The notes under the pieces: model-generated | Databases searched by the model: none | The model's input: the letters and a program-made list of their open reading frames with translations, nothing else | Told to the model about the DNA's origin: nothing | Made by a program: the position numbers and the translations under genes | Shown: positions 1 through 7,483 of the stretch, piece by piece | How the letters are laid out: each line of letters opens with the position of its first letter | Position numbering within the stretch: position 1 is the stretch's first letter | Assembly (NCBI GenBank): GCA_019323235.1 | Contig: JAHWHN010000153.1 | Span: 1-38,151 of the forward strand | From: Candidatus Woesearchaeota archaeon | Lineage (GTDB): Archaea; Nanobdellota; Nanobdellia; Woesearchaeales; JABIAG01 | Length of the DNA stretch: 38,151 nucleotides | Direction: 5' to 3'

Positions 1-9
1 AATGATCAT

Positions 10-234
10 ATGGAGTTTTCTAAAAACCTTAGTCCTTATGTTGGCTTTTCAACTGGTACTTTGTATGTTAGGTTATTACAAAGTTTTACTTTAAGTCAAT
101 TTAAGAAATATAATATAACTAAAAGAATGATTGAAGAAGGTAAATTTAATATTGATTCTTTTGATAAAAACAATTTAGACCATTATCAATATCTAGCCAT
201 ACTTGATTCTGGTTATGGTGATATGTTTGATTGA
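10..234 (+). CDS. hypothetical protein, possibly the C-terminal part of a gene that starts upstream of the window
   Basis: ORF track entry. The frame is open from base 1 (aat gat cat atg), so the true start may lie outside the window. No motif recognised. Confidence 0.3.
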   Translation: MEFSKNLSPYVGFSTGTLYVRLLQSFTLSQFKKYNITKRMIEEGKFNIDSFDKNNLDHYQYLAILDSGYGDMFD

Positions 235-426
235 TTAACACAATTTCTTCTTAAATCCAGTTATTGCCATTAGTAAAAAACCAGCACCAAGTCCTAAAAA
301 TAGTCCTCCGACTAATTCATTAATAATAAAACCTACACCCATTCCTATAAAAATTCCTGCAGGAATGAATAAACCAGCTGGATTATCACATTTTGTTTTA
401 TCGCATTTTTGTTTTGTTTGTTTCAT
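235..426 (-). CDS. small Gly-rich membrane protein, hypothetical
   Basis: 63 aa with two hydrophobic Gly-rich segments (GLFIPAGIFIGMGVGFII, GGLFLGLGAGFLLMAI). No family recognised. Confidence 0.4.
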   Translation of the reverse strand: MKQTKQKCDKTKCDNPAGLFIPAGIFIGMGVGFIINELVGGLFLGLGAGFLLMAITGFKKKLC

Positions 427-516
427 GTTTTTATAATTGATTAAAGAGTATTTAAACTTTTTTATTTAATTAATATCTGCGAAAGATTTAAATACCCATT
501 GTTATAGGAATTAAGC

Positions 517-963
517 ATGACTATGGAAATTTATGGAAAACCTGATGAAAAGAAAAAGCCAAAAATTAAAGGAAGTAATAATAATTATTCCAAAAATGCT
601 GTTGCTTTTATTACTTCATTATTGACTTTATTCGCAATAGGTATTATTACTAAACTTGTAATTTTAAATAATCATTTTAGTGCTTTACAAGAACAAGGTT
701 TTATTCAAGAATATAGTTCTGCATCAATATTAATTTATTTGGCAAGTTTATTTGTTCTAAATATTTTCATCTATGAATTAAATGTTAAATTAAGTAATCA
801 TCCTGCAGTTGTAGGAATTGCTTTAGCAACTATTTTCTCATTACCAGGGATTATTAGTTCAATTACTTATATTATTCCTTTACAAATAACAATTGTAACA
901 GTAATTAGTAATTTTGTTTCAATTATTCTAGCATCATATATCTTTGAAATGATGTGGGAATAA
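517..963 (+). CDS. hypothetical multi-pass membrane protein
   Basis: 148 aa: Lys-rich N-terminus then about four hydrophobic helices. An ATTTAAATA TATA-like box lies about 25 nt upstream of the ATG, consistent with a leaderless mRNA. Confidence 0.5.
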   Translation: MTMEIYGKPDEKKKPKIKGSNNNYSKNAVAFITSLLTLFAIGIITKLVILNNHFSALQEQGFIQEYSSASILIYLASLFVLNIFIYELNVKLSNHPAVVGIALATIFSLPGIISSITYIIPLQITIVTVISNFVSIILASYIFEMMWE

Positions 964-1066
964 ATTATTTTATTGAAATTCTTTCAATTTTCTTAGAATA
1001 TTTCACAAGACACAGTGGACATTTATACTAACAATATTTATTAATGATTGGAAAAACATCACTTCA

Positions 1067-2902
1067 ATGAATAAAGAAGAAGTATTATTTCCTTTTGACA
1101 GCATTAGATTTATTCAAGATGATTTAATTAAGGAAATTCAACATTGTGTTAAAAATAGAGAAAATATAATAGTTCATGCTCCAACTGGTTTAGGTAAGAC
1201 TGTTTCTGCAATTGGACCAGCATTGAAGAAAGCTGAGGAGGAAGAATTAACTGTTTTCTTTTTAACTTCTAGACATACTCAACACAAGATTGCCTTAGAA
1301 ACAATAAAAGCTATCAAACAAGAATATAATCTTAACATTCCAGTAATAGATATTATTGGAAAACAACATATGTGTTTAATTAAAGGAAGTAATCTTTTAA
1401 CTTCCGGAGAGTTTGCAGAATTTTGTAGAAAGACTAAAGAGGATAAAAATTGTAAGTACTTTAATAATATTAATGAAGATGGTAAATTTACTCTTCTTGC
1501 TAAAAAAGCCTTAGAAGATATTGAAGATAATTCTCCATTAGATGTTAATGAATGTATTAATGTATGTAAAGAAAATTCTGTTTGTCCTTATGAGATATCT
1601 ATGATTTTAGCTAAGAAAGCTAAAGTTATTGTTGCAGATTATTATTATATGTTTAATCCATCCATTATGAATAATTTTCTTAATAAAATTGGAAAAGATA
1701 TTGATGAGTGTATTGTTATTGTTGATGAAGCACATAATCTTCCAGAAAGAATTAGAAAATTAATGAGTAATACTATTAGTGAATCAACAATTAATGGAGC
1801 AAAAAAAGAAGCTGATGAATTAAAGAATGATGAATGTCATGAAATATTGAATAGATTAGAGTACTGGATTAAAGAATTACTTATGGATATGGATGAAGTA
1901 ATTGTAAAGAAAGGTGAGTTTGATCCTGGTAAGTTTATTGATGCTATTGAATTGTTTGAAAGGTTAGCAGAAATAACTAGAGATAATGATAAGAGAAGTT
2001 ATTTAGGAATTATTGCTAATTTTTTAATGAGTTATACTGATGAAGAAGGTTATGTTAATATTATTAGAAAGAATTATGATAAGAATACCATTGAGTTTAA
2101 ACATTCATGTTTAGATCCTTCTTTAATTTCAAAACCTATTTTGAATAATGCTTATTCTTCAATTGTTATGTCTGGAACTTTGGAACCAATTGATATGTTT
2201 AAAGAAATTTTAGGTTTGAAAGGAGAGGCTTTTGAATTTCCATCACCATTCCCTGCTAGAAATAAATTAAATTTAATTGTTCCTGAAACAACAACTAAGT
2301 TTTCAGAAAGAGGAGTTAATCAATATAATAAAATAGCATCAAATCTAGCAAAGATGTGTAATAAGATTCCAGGAAATACTATTATTTTCTTCCCAAGTTA
2401 TTATATTAGAGATCAAATATATCATAAATTTTCAGAAATGTGTGAAAAAACTACTTTTAGTGAAGTTGCAAAGATGAGTAAAACTGAGAAAGAAGTTCTT
2501 CTTGATAAATTTAAATCTTATAAGGAGACGGGAGCTGTTTTATTAGCAGCTGCATCTGGTAATTTTGGAGAAGGAGTAGACCTACCAGGAGATTTACTTA
2601 AAGGAGTTATTGTTGTTGGACTTCCATTAAATAAACCAAGTTTAGAAACTAGTTCTTTAATTAATTACTATAATCAAAAATATCCAGGAAAAGGGTGGGA
2701 TTATGGCTATACTTTACCTGCTTTTGCTAAGATTCTTCAAAATGCTGGAAGATGCATTAGATCTGAGACAGATAAAGGAGTTATTATATTTATGGACCAA
2801 AGATTTGTTTGGGCAAATTATAAAAAATGTTTTAGTGAAGATTACATTGTTAGTTTAGATTTTGAGCAAAAGATTCAAAATTTCTTTGATAAACATTCTT
2901 AA
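1067..2902 (+). CDS. xpd: XPD/Rad3-family 5'-3' DNA helicase (DEAD_2 / Helicase_C_2, FeS domain)
   Basis: Walker A is HAPTGLGKT and the DEAH box is VDEAHNL. The Cys cluster (QHMC...EFC...KNC...VCPY) fits the 4Fe-4S domain. C-terminal GNFGEGVDLPGD and QNAGRCIRS motifs are typical of XPD/DinG. Confidence 0.85.
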   Translation: MNKEEVLFPFDSIRFIQDDLIKEIQHCVKNRENIIVHAPTGLGKTVSAIGPALKKAEEEELTVFFLTSRHTQHKIALETIKAIKQEYNLNIPVIDIIGKQHMCLIKGSNLLTSGEFAEFCRKTKEDKNCKYFNNINEDGKFTLLAKKALEDIEDNSPLDVNECINVCKENSVCPYEISMILAKKAKVIVADYYYMFNPSIMNNFLNKIGKDIDECIVIVDEAHNLPERIRKLMSNTISESTINGAKKEADELKNDECHEILNRLEYWIKELLMDMDEVIVKKGEFDPGKFIDAIELFERLAEITRDNDKRSYLGIIANFLMSYTDEEGYVNIIRKNYDKNTIEFKHSCLDPSLISKPILNNAYSSIVMSGTLEPIDMFKEILGLKGEAFEFPSPFPARNKLNLIVPETTTKFSERGVNQYNKIASNLAKMCNKIPGNTIIFFPSYYIRDQIYHKFSEMCEKTTFSEVAKMSKTEKEVLLDKFKSYKETGAVLLAAASGNFGEGVDLPGDLLKGVIVVGLPLNKPSLETSSLINYYNQKYPGKGWDYGYTLPAFAKILQNAGRCIRSETDKGVIIFMDQRFVWANYKKCFSEDYIVSLDFEQKIQNFFDKHS

Positions 2903-2951
2903 TACTAGATTTAATCAGCATTTCAAACATAATTTCAAATTACAACCCTAA

Positions 2952-3045
2952 TATACTAATTTGCTCACCCCTTGACTTCATATGGAGTTTAGTATACAAA
3001 AACGTATACTAAACGAAAGATTTATATACTAATTGTGATATACTA
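2952..3045. repeat. cluster of five TATACTA heptamers including a perfect 11-bp inverted repeat; promoter/operator region of ORF 3063
   Basis: TATACTA occurs at 2952-2958, 3005-3011, 3025-3031 and 3039-3045, and inverted (TAGTATA) at 2990-2996. GTTTAGTATAC (2987-2997) and GTATACTAAAC (3004-3014) form a perfect inverted repeat with a 6-nt spacer. ATATACTAATT is repeated directly at 2951-2961 and 3024-3034. TTTATATA at 3021-3028 is a consensus archaeal TATA box about 35 nt before the ATG. Confidence 0.55.
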
Positions 3046-3062
3046 TAGGATATTGGAGTAAA

Positions 3063-3473
3063 ATGGTATTATTGTTCGATCGGGAAAACATCCCGGAGGA
3101 TTTTTTCGAACTCGTATTCGCTACAGAGCAGCAAGCAATAGTCGCAAGGCTGTTGGTAGATTACTTCAAGCAAAACAAACAAGAACTTAGCAAGACAGAA
3201 ATGTCACTTTTTGCAAAGACTCTTCATGATGGAGAGATGATTGCAAGACTATCCTCCCCTAAATATCGAGGTAAGAAAGTGAAGCTTTCTTACAACAAAA
3301 GACAATTTTATGACCGTATTTTGACCCCCCTCAGAAGTATGGGCATAATTCAGTATGATATGTACAAAAAATCATACAAATTGTCCGAAGATTTCAACAA
3401 GCAGATGGTAAGAATTGGCTTACTTTGGTTAAAGGAGTTAAGGAAACCATCAAGTTCACTAATCGATAATTAG
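3063..3473 (+). CDS. hypothetical protein with compositionally foreign sequence; possible winged-helix DNA-binding protein
   Basis: 136-codon open frame in a 40-43% GC stretch, where stop-free runs this long are unlikely by chance. GGAG lies 6 nt upstream of the ATG. The C-terminal half (FYDRILTPLRSMGIIQYDMYKKSYKLSEDF) looks like a recognition helix plus beta-wing. No family recognised. Confidence 0.55.
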   Translation: MVLLFDRENIPEDFFELVFATEQQAIVARLLVDYFKQNKQELSKTEMSLFAKTLHDGEMIARLSSPKYRGKKVKLSYNKRQFYDRILTPLRSMGIIQYDMYKKSYKLSEDFNKQMVRIGLLWLKELRKPSSSLIDN

Positions 3474-3528
3474 TGACCGTCGTGTCGGTACTTCTACTCC
3501 CCCCTCTGAAAACGCCGCGACGGTTACT
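3473..3528 (+). other. GC-rich stem-loop directly after the ORF 3063 stop codon (possible terminator or small structured RNA)
   Basis: GTGACCGTCG (3473-3482) pairs with CGACGGTTAC (3519-3528), giving 10 bp with one G:U. The C-rich loop is about 36 nt and a T/C-rich tract follows. Local GC is 33/60 for 3471-3530. Confidence 0.35.
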
Positions 3529-3732
3529 TTCCCCTTTCAAAATGATAAGTTTCAATACAATCAAGAAAAACAAAACTCTGGAAAGCTTCATGGGTTTACC
3601 TATTGAAGAAGAAGAGGAATAGTTTTTTCAGATAGAAACTTCACTTCTTTTAATTACATTTTACGATAAATTTTAATAACATCATAATTTAAACAGATTC
3701 TAAGCTAAATTTAAAAATAAATTATAGTAACA

Positions 3733-3740
3733 TTTAAAAA
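3733..3740 (+). promoter_or_regulatory. TATA box candidate for tRNA-Pro
   Basis: TTTAAAAA lies about 28-35 nt upstream of the mature tRNA 5' end at 3768. Confidence 0.4.
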
Positions 3741-3767
3741 GGCACCACGTTTACTTTTTCTGAACAA

Positions 3768-3842
3768 GAGGCTGTAGGGTAGCTTGGTCCATCCTTTCTG
3801 GTTTGGGACCAGAGGACCCCAGTTCAAATCTGGGCAGCCTCA
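3768..3842 (+). tRNA. tRNA-Pro (anticodon UGG)
   Basis: Hand-folded cloverleaf. Acceptor GAGGCTG/CAGCCTC is 7 bp. Anticodon stem is TCTGG/CCAGA with loop TTTGGGA. T arm is CCCAG-TTCAAAT-CTGGG. Discriminator is A. CCA is not encoded. Confidence 0.9.
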
Positions 3843-3865
3843 TTTCGCGATTATTTGGAGGAAAA

Positions 3866-4105
3866 ATGGTAGTTAAGACTAAAAACATCAAAGGATTTGG
3901 TGCAAGATACGGTAGAAAGGTAAGGAATAAATTAGGTAAATTTCTAAGCTTAAAAAATAAAGAAAAAAAATGCCCATATTGTAGCGCTATGAAAGTTAAA
4001 AGAGTAGCATCTGGTATATGGGAATGTACTAAATGTGAATCAAAATTCACAGGAAGAGCATACGACAGCAATAAGACTAAAGTAAAAAGTAGCTTAGAGG
4101 AATAA
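3866..4105 (+). CDS. rpl37ae: 50S ribosomal protein L37Ae (eL43)
   Basis: MVVKTKNIKGFGARYGRKVR followed by a CPYC...CTKC zinc ribbon. GGAGG lies 5 nt upstream of the ATG at 3866. The track start at 3803 would overlap the tRNA and is rejected. Confidence 0.9.
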   Translation: MVVKTKNIKGFGARYGRKVRNKLGKFLSLKNKEKKCPYCSAMKVKRVASGIWECTKCESKFTGRAYDSNKTKVKSSLEE

Positions 4106-4112
4106 AATTAAA

Positions 4113-4250
4113 ATGGTTTACTATAAATGCCTAGAATGTAACAAAAAGGTTGGTGATGAGTTTTTAAGAAAGAGAATTAGATGTCCACACTGTGGTTCAA
4201 AAATGATCTTCAAACCTAGATCACAACCAACTAGAGTTAAAGCAGTATGA
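4113..4250 (+). CDS. rpoP: DNA-directed RNA polymerase subunit P (Rpo12/RpoP); not in the ORF track
   Basis: Own translation: MVYYKCLECNKKVGDEFLRKRIRCPHCGSKMIFKPRSQPTRVKAV, 45 aa. It has a CxxC...CxxC zinc ribbon followed by a basic tail. Its TGA overlaps the next gene's ATG (ATGA). It sits in the conserved position after L37Ae. Confidence 0.8.
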   Translation: MVYYKCLECNKKVGDEFLRKRIRCPHCGSKMIFKPRSQPTRVKAV

Positions 4251-4480
4251 TTTATACATCAATTATTATTGATGAAGATGCAGAAAATATCTTCAGATGT
4301 ATGGATTGCGATTTAACTAAAGAATTCAAAAGATCAACAACAAAAACTAAGTTAGAAGATAATAAACTTATGATTGATATTGAGGCTAAAGATATTGTTG
4401 CATTTCGTGCAACTTTAAACTCAATTACTCAAGTAATAGATGTTTATTACAAAGCAAAAACATTGAGTGAAAATGAATAA
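4247..4480 (+). CDS. pcc1: KEOPS complex subunit Pcc1-like
   Basis: About 77 aa. NKLMIDIEAKDIVAFRATLNSITQVIDV matches the Pcc1 signature recalled from Pyrococcus Pcc1 (KKIILDIKATDSSALRGTVNSYLRWI). Neighbours L37Ae, RpoP and prefoldin beta are the conserved context. Confidence 0.75.
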   Translation: MIYTSIIIDEDAENIFRCMDCDLTKEFKRSTTKTKLEDNKLMIDIEAKDIVAFRATLNSITQVIDVYYKAKTLSENE

Positions 4481-4790
4481 CGAAAAAATACAACAACTTC
4501 AAACAATTGAACAAAATCTGCAATCATTTCTTACACAAAAACAACAATTACAACAAGAACTTCTAGAAGTTGATTCAAGTATCGAAGAACTTTCTAAAAC
4601 AGATAAAGCTTACAAAATAGTTGGAAGTATAATGATTTCATCTAATAAAGAAGATTTATCTAAAGAACTAGAAATTAAAAAAGATATTGTTGAACAAAAA
4701 TTAAAAATAATCCAGCAACAAGAAGATAAAATTAAAGAGAAAGCAGAAACTCTAAGAAAAGAAGTTATGGATGAAATGAAACAGGAGTAA
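4473..4790 (+). CDS. pfdB: prefoldin subunit beta
   Basis: Two coiled-coil halves flank a beta-hairpin core (AYKIVGSIMISSNKEDL). The size is about 105 aa. The track start at 4467 is GTG; the ATG at 4473 is preferred. Confidence 0.8.
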   Translation: MNNEKIQQLQTIEQNLQSFLTQKQQLQQELLEVDSSIEELSKTDKAYKIVGSIMISSNKEDLSKELEIKKDIVEQKLKIIQQQEDKIKEKAETLRKEVMDEMKQE

Positions 4791-4792
4791 AA

Positions 4793-5032
4793 ATGGATAG
4801 CATTGCTCTGATTTTATCGTATATAGATGATTTAAACGAAGAGATGGAAGTTCCTAAAAACATTAACAACAAACTTCAAAATATAAAAAATATTCTTAAA
4901 AGTGATGTAGATGTTTCTATTAAAAAAAGTAAATGTCTTAATGAATTAGATGACTTACACGAAAACCACAATATTGACCCTAATTTAAGATGTCAATTAT
5001 GGGATATTGTAAGTAGTTTAGAACAATTATAA
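4793..5032 (+). CDS. UPF0147 family protein
   Basis: VPKNINNKLQNIKNIL and DPNLRCQLWDIVSSLEQL align with the recalled UPF0147 pattern (VPRNIRR...DPNMP.H.RT.IWN..SQLE). AGGAG lies upstream of the ATG. Confidence 0.65.
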   Translation: MDSIALILSYIDDLNEEMEVPKNINNKLQNIKNILKSDVDVSIKKSKCLNELDDLHENHNIDPNLRCQLWDIVSSLEQL

Positions 5033-5077
5033 TTTCTTAAAATTTTAAAAAATAAAAAATAGAGAATAATTAGAAAA

Positions 5078-6622
5078 TTATTCTTCTTTTACTAATTCAA
5101 TATTTCTTAACTGTTGTTTAATGTTTTGTAATACTGAATTTGAATGAGCTTGTACAAACTTAATTGCTCCAGCCATTTCGTGGCCTCCACCATCAACATT
5201 TGCTTCTGGAAGGACTTTCTGAAGGTTTTCAATTATTTTTTGTACTGGAAGGATTGGTTTTGTTGCTCTTACAATTACCATGTCTGATAAACATCCAAGT
5301 GTAATTACATTTTCTTTTCCTTCTGCTACTTTATCATGTATCATTCCAAGAACTTTTCCAGGTGTTGGATAAGTAAATCTCAAAGTATATTTTTCTAAAT
5401 CAATTGAAGAAAATGTTACTCCATTAATTTCTTGAGTTCTTAAATATGGAAGTGTACTTTGTAATTGAGTTTCTACTCCTTTACTTACTTCTTCATTAAT
5501 CATATTTACTAATTCTTTATTTACATATAATTCATCAAATACACCTTTTCCAGGATCAAATTTCATGTTATAAGCTGTAAAGTCAATTGCTACTCCAATT
5601 CTTCCAAGTTCTTCTCTTGTTAAACCAGATTTTTCAATATATCTTTCTGTTTCTTGAATATTACTTCTGTCACTTATTGCTGCAATTGCTGGCATTAATA
5701 AGTTTTCAAATTCTTCATAAATTAATCTTGCCATTTCATAACATAACATTCCCGCACATGTTTCTGAATCTAATCCAAACATATATGGATTTAAGTGATT
5801 TAATAAGTAAGGACAAACTGATGTTTTTCCATCTTTTAATTCAACTGGGTTATGATGATCTATTACAATTACATCACAACCTAAAGACTTCATTGTTTTC
5901 ATTCCAAATACATCTTCTGGTGTTGAACCATTGTCCAATACTAAGATTAATGGACTTTTTTGTTCGTGCACATCAACTAATCTTTTTACTAAAGAAATAT
6001 CTCTGAATACATCAGCGATTTCATAAAAAGGAGCTTTACTTGGACTTCTGTATAAATTATATTCTGGATTAATTCCTAATTTATTCATTAAACCTCTACA
6101 AGCTCTTTCAATTGCTAAACCTGAGTTAATACCATCAGAATCATTGTGATGTCTTATTAAGATTGGTTGATTTTTGAAAATTGCTTTTCTAATTTGATGA
6201 GAAATTTCAATAAATCTTTCTTTCATAATATTAAATCTGTCAGATTCAATACTAAAGTCAGTTCTAACTGGTTTTGATTTTTCTTCTAATACTTTATCAA
6301 AATCAAATTCAGTTTTTTCTATTTTTTTAATATCAATTTGTAATTTTCCAGCTCGTTCATCAACGTAACCAGCTACTTTTACAATATCATCAACATCAAA
6401 TTTTGATTCTTTAATTACACCATCAACAGTAAACATTCCATCACTTAAGACAAAAATTACTGGACCTGGAACTACTTTTCTGACAATTTTACAAATTCCA
6501 TTAAAGTAATCTCCAGCTTTAACATTAGTTAAGTCTGTAACTAAATTTTGTTTTTTGAATGGTTTATCACCATTATGATTTTTATTATTTTGATAGTCTT
6601 TACTATCGTTTTTTTCGTTCAT
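5078..6622 (-). CDS. archaeal RecJ-like DHH/DHHA1 nuclease with an N-terminal OB-fold
   Basis: DHH motifs are HHNDSDGINSG, LVLDNG and VIVIDHH. The DHHA1 motif is GGGHEMAGA. The N-terminal roughly 100 aa are OB-fold-like (GICKIVRKV...VIFVLSDG...VKVAGYV). Confidence 0.8.
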   Translation of the reverse strand: MNEKNDSKDYQNNKNHNGDKPFKKQNLVTDLTNVKAGDYFNGICKIVRKVVPGPVIFVLSDGMFTVDGVIKESKFDVDDIVKVAGYVDERAGKLQIDIKKIEKTEFDFDKVLEEKSKPVRTDFSIESDRFNIMKERFIEISHQIRKAIFKNQPILIRHHNDSDGINSGLAIERACRGLMNKLGINPEYNLYRSPSKAPFYEIADVFRDISLVKRLVDVHEQKSPLILVLDNGSTPEDVFGMKTMKSLGCDVIVIDHHNPVELKDGKTSVCPYLLNHLNPYMFGLDSETCAGMLCYEMARLIYEEFENLLMPAIAAISDRSNIQETERYIEKSGLTREELGRIGVAIDFTAYNMKFDPGKGVFDELYVNKELVNMINEEVSKGVETQLQSTLPYLRTQEINGVTFSSIDLEKYTLRFTYPTPGKVLGMIHDKVAEGKENVITLGCLSDMVIVRATKPILPVQKIIENLQKVLPEANVDGGGHEMAGAIKFVQAHSNSVLQNIKQQLRNIELVKEE

Positions 6623-6839
6623 ATTTATACCTCTTGAAAAGAATTCTATTTTTCAACTAAAACTAATTTTTTAGTAACGATCACTAGTTTGACCGTACAT
6701 CTTTTCTCTATATTGTAGTATACAAATGATAGTGACTTTATAAAGTTTATCCCTTGCTTTATAAATAAACTAGGTTTTTTAGGCTTTTGAAAAATATTTC
6801 AAAAAAGCTTTATAAAAAATTAAAACAATCTATAATTAT

Positions 6840-7481
6840 ATGAATGGTTTTGTTAAGAATGGACTTGTATTATTGACATTAAGTTCAATAATTGGTTGTT
6901 CCGAAAATCCTAAACTTAAAACTCAAAAAGAAGATAAGAATATAGAAAATATTGTTCAAGAAGAAAGTAATTCTAAGAAAGAAGATAAGTCAAATGATAG
7001 TAATTCTAATTTAGATGAACCAGATTATATCAGTTACATGCCCGGAGTTGAAAAATTTCTTTTTTCTGGAGAAGGTCCAACAATTATGGATGATATTAAC
7101 AAAAAATCTTATCTTTCTGGTTTAATTGATGAACTTAGATTGGAATGGGATTTAAAAAAATATCAAGAGTACAAAGAAGGAATTAAAGATTATACTGAAA
7201 TGGAAATAAATTTTTTGGATAATGCAAGAGTTATTTCTACTAGTAAGATTATTGAAGCTAGAACTAACAAAGGTAAAGAGTTAATCCTAGAATTAAATAA
7301 AGAATGGGATGAGAATGATTATGTATTATTAAATCATATAAAAGAGACATCCCCAGAACAAGAAAGAATTCTATTAGAGAAAGAATCTCTAAATTTAAAT
7401 AAATTATATGAAAACAAAATTAAATTAATAGATTTTAGTAAACATAAACCAGAATGTAATCCTTATAAAAATTATTATTAA
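6840..7481 (+). CDS. putative secreted lipoprotein, hypothetical
   Basis: Signal peptide with a lipobox-like LSSIIGC, followed by a highly charged K/E/N-rich mature part. No family recognised. Confidence 0.5.
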   Translation: MNGFVKNGLVLLTLSSIIGCSENPKLKTQKEDKNIENIVQEESNSKKEDKSNDSNSNLDEPDYISYMPGVEKFLFSGEGPTIMDDINKKSYLSGLIDELRLEWDLKKYQEYKEGIKDYTEMEINFLDNARVISTSKIIEARTNKGKELILELNKEWDENDYVLLNHIKETSPEQERILLEKESLNLNKLYENKIKLIDFSKHKPECNPYKNYY

Positions 7482-7483
7482 GT

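Noticed and set aside
3146-3166. AGGCTGTTGGTAGATTAC inside ORF 3063 partly resembles the 5' end of tRNA-Pro (AGGCTGTAGGGTAGCTTGG), which could mark an att-like duplication.
   Set aside because: Only a 7-mer plus scattered matches agree, it needs a gap, and it lies within a coding frame. This is consistent with chance.
3394-3591. 65-aa minus-strand ORF overlapping the end of ORF 3063 and the GC-rich hairpin.
   Set aside because: It is Arg/Gly-rich because it reads the GC-rich hairpin. It has no ribosome-binding site or motif and overlaps a better-supported ORF.
3063-3600. The GC-rich island could be a structural RNA gene (RNase P RNA or SRP RNA) rather than a protein gene.
   Set aside because: I found no GGAAAGUCC-type CR-I motif and no SRP helix-8 GGAAG/AGCAGCC-type motif; only a 6-mer GGCTTA resembles CR-V. 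A 136-codon stop-free frame at about 40% GC with an upstream GGAG is unlikely to arise by chance. A covariance-model scan is still needed.
3803-3865. N-terminal extension of L37Ae proposed by the ORF track (start 3803).
   Set aside because: The extension overlaps the 3' half of tRNA-Pro. The ATG at 3866 has a GGAGG site and yields the canonical L37Ae N-terminus.
3751-4071. 106-aa minus-strand ORF.
   Set aside because: It is antisense to tRNA-Pro and to the well-supported L37Ae gene, and has no motifs.
5587-6006. 139-aa + strand ORF inside the RecJ-like gene. The same applies to 7629-8006, 9151-9384, 9702-9917, 10416-10607, 10928-11119, 11359-11571, 13953-14135, 16544-16750, 17373-17576, 19433-19816, 20872-21114, 21383-21586, 23723-23962, 25319-25576, 25687-25869, 26563-26775, 27229-27480, 27659-27865, 29128-29403, 35362-35559, 36129-36314 and 37627-37839.
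   Set aside because: All are antisense or shadow ORFs inside genes with strong family signatures. They have low-complexity Leu/Phe/Ile/Ser-rich translations typical of the reverse strand of AT-rich coding DNA.
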